The notes beneath the pieces are model-generated. The model was not told the DNA's origin. It saw only the letters and a program-made list of their open reading frames with translations, and did not search any database. The translations under genes were made by a program, and so were the position numbers. Of a stretch of DNA of 64,000 nt, positions 62,681-64,000 are shown in pieces. Numbering within the stretch: position 1 is the stretch's first letter; every line of letters starts with the position of its first letter. This DNA is from a virus (Duplodnaviria > Caudoviricetes): IMG/VR virus record IMGVR_UViG_2522572155_000001, positions 64,001 to 128,000 of that record; one strand, written 5' to 3'.

Positions 62681-63415
62681 TCAGACCCACTCGCCGGTAT
62701 CGGTCGCTCCAGTCGGCTCGGTTTCCAAGTCCTCGATCCACGGGTAGATCGGGACGCGACGGACGTAGTCACCCGAGCGGTTCTCGGGCGGCACGGAGTA
62801 GAACTCTCCAGTTACAGGCGCGCGGTACTGGACGATGTACAACTGCTCGTCCTCGGACTGCCACGGGACGGGCGCCTGTGTCTCCCCGAACCCGGAGACC
62901 TTCTTAGAGACGTCGATGAAGTGCCACCTCGCGTCCGGCACGTTGTCTTGGTCGGCGTACACGGCGTTGAAGAAGTTGTTGGTGTAGTCCGAGATCGTTC
63001 CCATGGTGAGGGTCTGGACCACTGTGTCCGACATGAGGTCACGGTCGAGGTTCGAGAGCGCATAGATTGCGAACTCCAGGTCACCCGTGAAGATGTTGTG
63101 GAGCATGCGCATCGGGATGAGGTCGTCGTCCTCTACGAAGATCATTTCCTGGTGACCAACGCCGACGCTCTGGATGTCGCGCTCGAAGAAGCGCACGACG
63201 ACGCAGGGGTAACGGTCCTTGTCTCGCGGCCACTCCAGCGTCACCTTCACGCCCTCAGTCCCGTGCGTTCCGTCCTGCCGCGCGACGGGCGTCGTGCGGA
63301 GGGCGTCATCCGGGTGGTTGGCGAAGACGCGTGCGAGTCCATCCTGGACGGAGGACTTGAGGAAGGTCTTGTACTTGACCGTCTTCTCAGGCAGGTAGCG
63401 GGGCAGGAGTGACAT
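62681..63415 (-). CDS. Tail completion/terminator-like protein
   Basis: 244 aa upstream of sheath. Confidence 0.6.
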   Translation of the reverse strand: MSLLPRYLPEKTVKYKTFLKSSVQDGLARVFANHPDDALRTTPVARQDGTHGTEGVKVTLEWPRDKDRYPCVVVRFFERDIQSVGVGHQEMIFVEDDDLIPMRMLHNIFTGDLEFAIYALSNLDRDLMSDTVVQTLTMGTISDYTNNFFNAVYADQDNVPDARWHFIDVSKKVSGFGETQAPVPWQSEDEQLYIVQYRAPVTGEFYSVPPENRSGDYVRRVPIYPWIEDLETEPTGATDTGEWV

Positions 63416-63864
63416 CAGATGTCGAGTGAGGTCTGACCGTTAGGTTCGTTGGGGAAGAGATCCATCTGGATCTGGCCGGAGGCGGGTTCCTCACGGTTAG
63501 CTGCGTAGTTGGAGAAGTAGTTGCGTCCGTTGCGTGCCTCTCCGACGATGAGGCCGACGAGGAGGTAGTCCTTCTCCACGACCGCCTGACGCATCGCGTC
63601 GTGGCCGATCTGACGCATGGCCTGGCGCCATTTGCGGTTGTTGCCGTAGAGGAGGGCGGCGTCGTACTCGACGCAGAGCCCGCGCCCCGGGACTACCTCG
63701 GACTTGACCGACGCTTCGCGCCAGACGTTGCTCGCGTGTTCCACGAGCCCAAGGAGGCGCGGATCACGGTTGGCGATCTCGGCGGCGTGGCGCGAGATGA
63801 CTGCGTGTACCTCTGCGATCGTCGTCGCCGTGGGTGCGATCCCATCGAAGCTAAGCTGCGGCAT
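63415..63864 (-). CDS. Hypothetical protein
   Basis: Start reassigned to ATG 63864 (TGATG overlap). Confidence 0.6.
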   Translation of the reverse strand: MPQLSFDGIAPTATTIAEVHAVISRHAAEIANRDPRLLGLVEHASNVWREASVKSEVVPGRGLCVEYDAALLYGNNRKWRQAMRQIGHDAMRQAVVEKDYLLVGLIVGEARNGRNYFSNYAANREEPASGQIQMDLFPNEPNGQTSLDI

Positions 63865-64000
63865 CAGGCGATGGCGAAGCTGACGTTGAAGGATGTGAAC
63901 TGGAGGAAGTCCCCGGTGTTGAGGCGTCGGGGTGTCGTCAGCGGCTCCCACGCCAGCATGTGACCGCTCGATAGCGCGTCAAAGATGCCTACGGCCACCA
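63864..64000 (-). CDS. 3' end of a small fibre-associated structural protein (truncated)
   Basis: VAVGIFDALSSGHMLAWEPLTTPRRLNTGDFLQFTSFNVSFAIA*; resembles the C-terminus of 6826-7260. Confidence 0.55.
   Translation of the reverse strand, partial: VAVGIFDALSSGHMLAWEPLTTPRRLNTGDFLQFTSFNVSFAIA

Overview
A 64-kb internal segment of a large, high-GC contractile-tailed (myovirus-type) phage, probably infecting an actinobacterium. The gene content recalls cluster C/Bxz1-type myoviruses; this is from recognition, not a database search. Layout: (1) 1-13.8 kb, minus strand: portal (truncated), head-associated and fibre genes, large terminase, GH24 endolysin. (2) 13.9-19.95 kb, minus strand: an RNA operon with 31 tRNA genes covering all 20 amino acids (none with encoded CCA), a tmRNA, a compact RNase P RNA, five unassigned structured RNAs and a few inserted ORFs. 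It is headed by a SigA-type promoter and a 19-codon leader ORF with overlapping antiterminator and terminator hairpins. (3) Class II ribonucleotide reductase (minus strand), then 22.1-42.0 kb, plus strand: replication/recombination block (DnaC, DnaB, ThyX, primase, RNase H, DnaE, RecA, resolvases, sigma-like factor, SNF2-like helicase). (4) 42.0-64 kb, minus strand: tail/baseplate block with a -1 frameshifting tail assembly chaperone. The best candidate for an undescribed system is the RNA operon: a putative tRNA-pool-sensing attenuator controlling a full tRNA set, a rescue RNA and the phage's own tRNA-maturation ribozyme. All tRNA and RNA structures were folded by eye; ends may be off by 1-2 nt.
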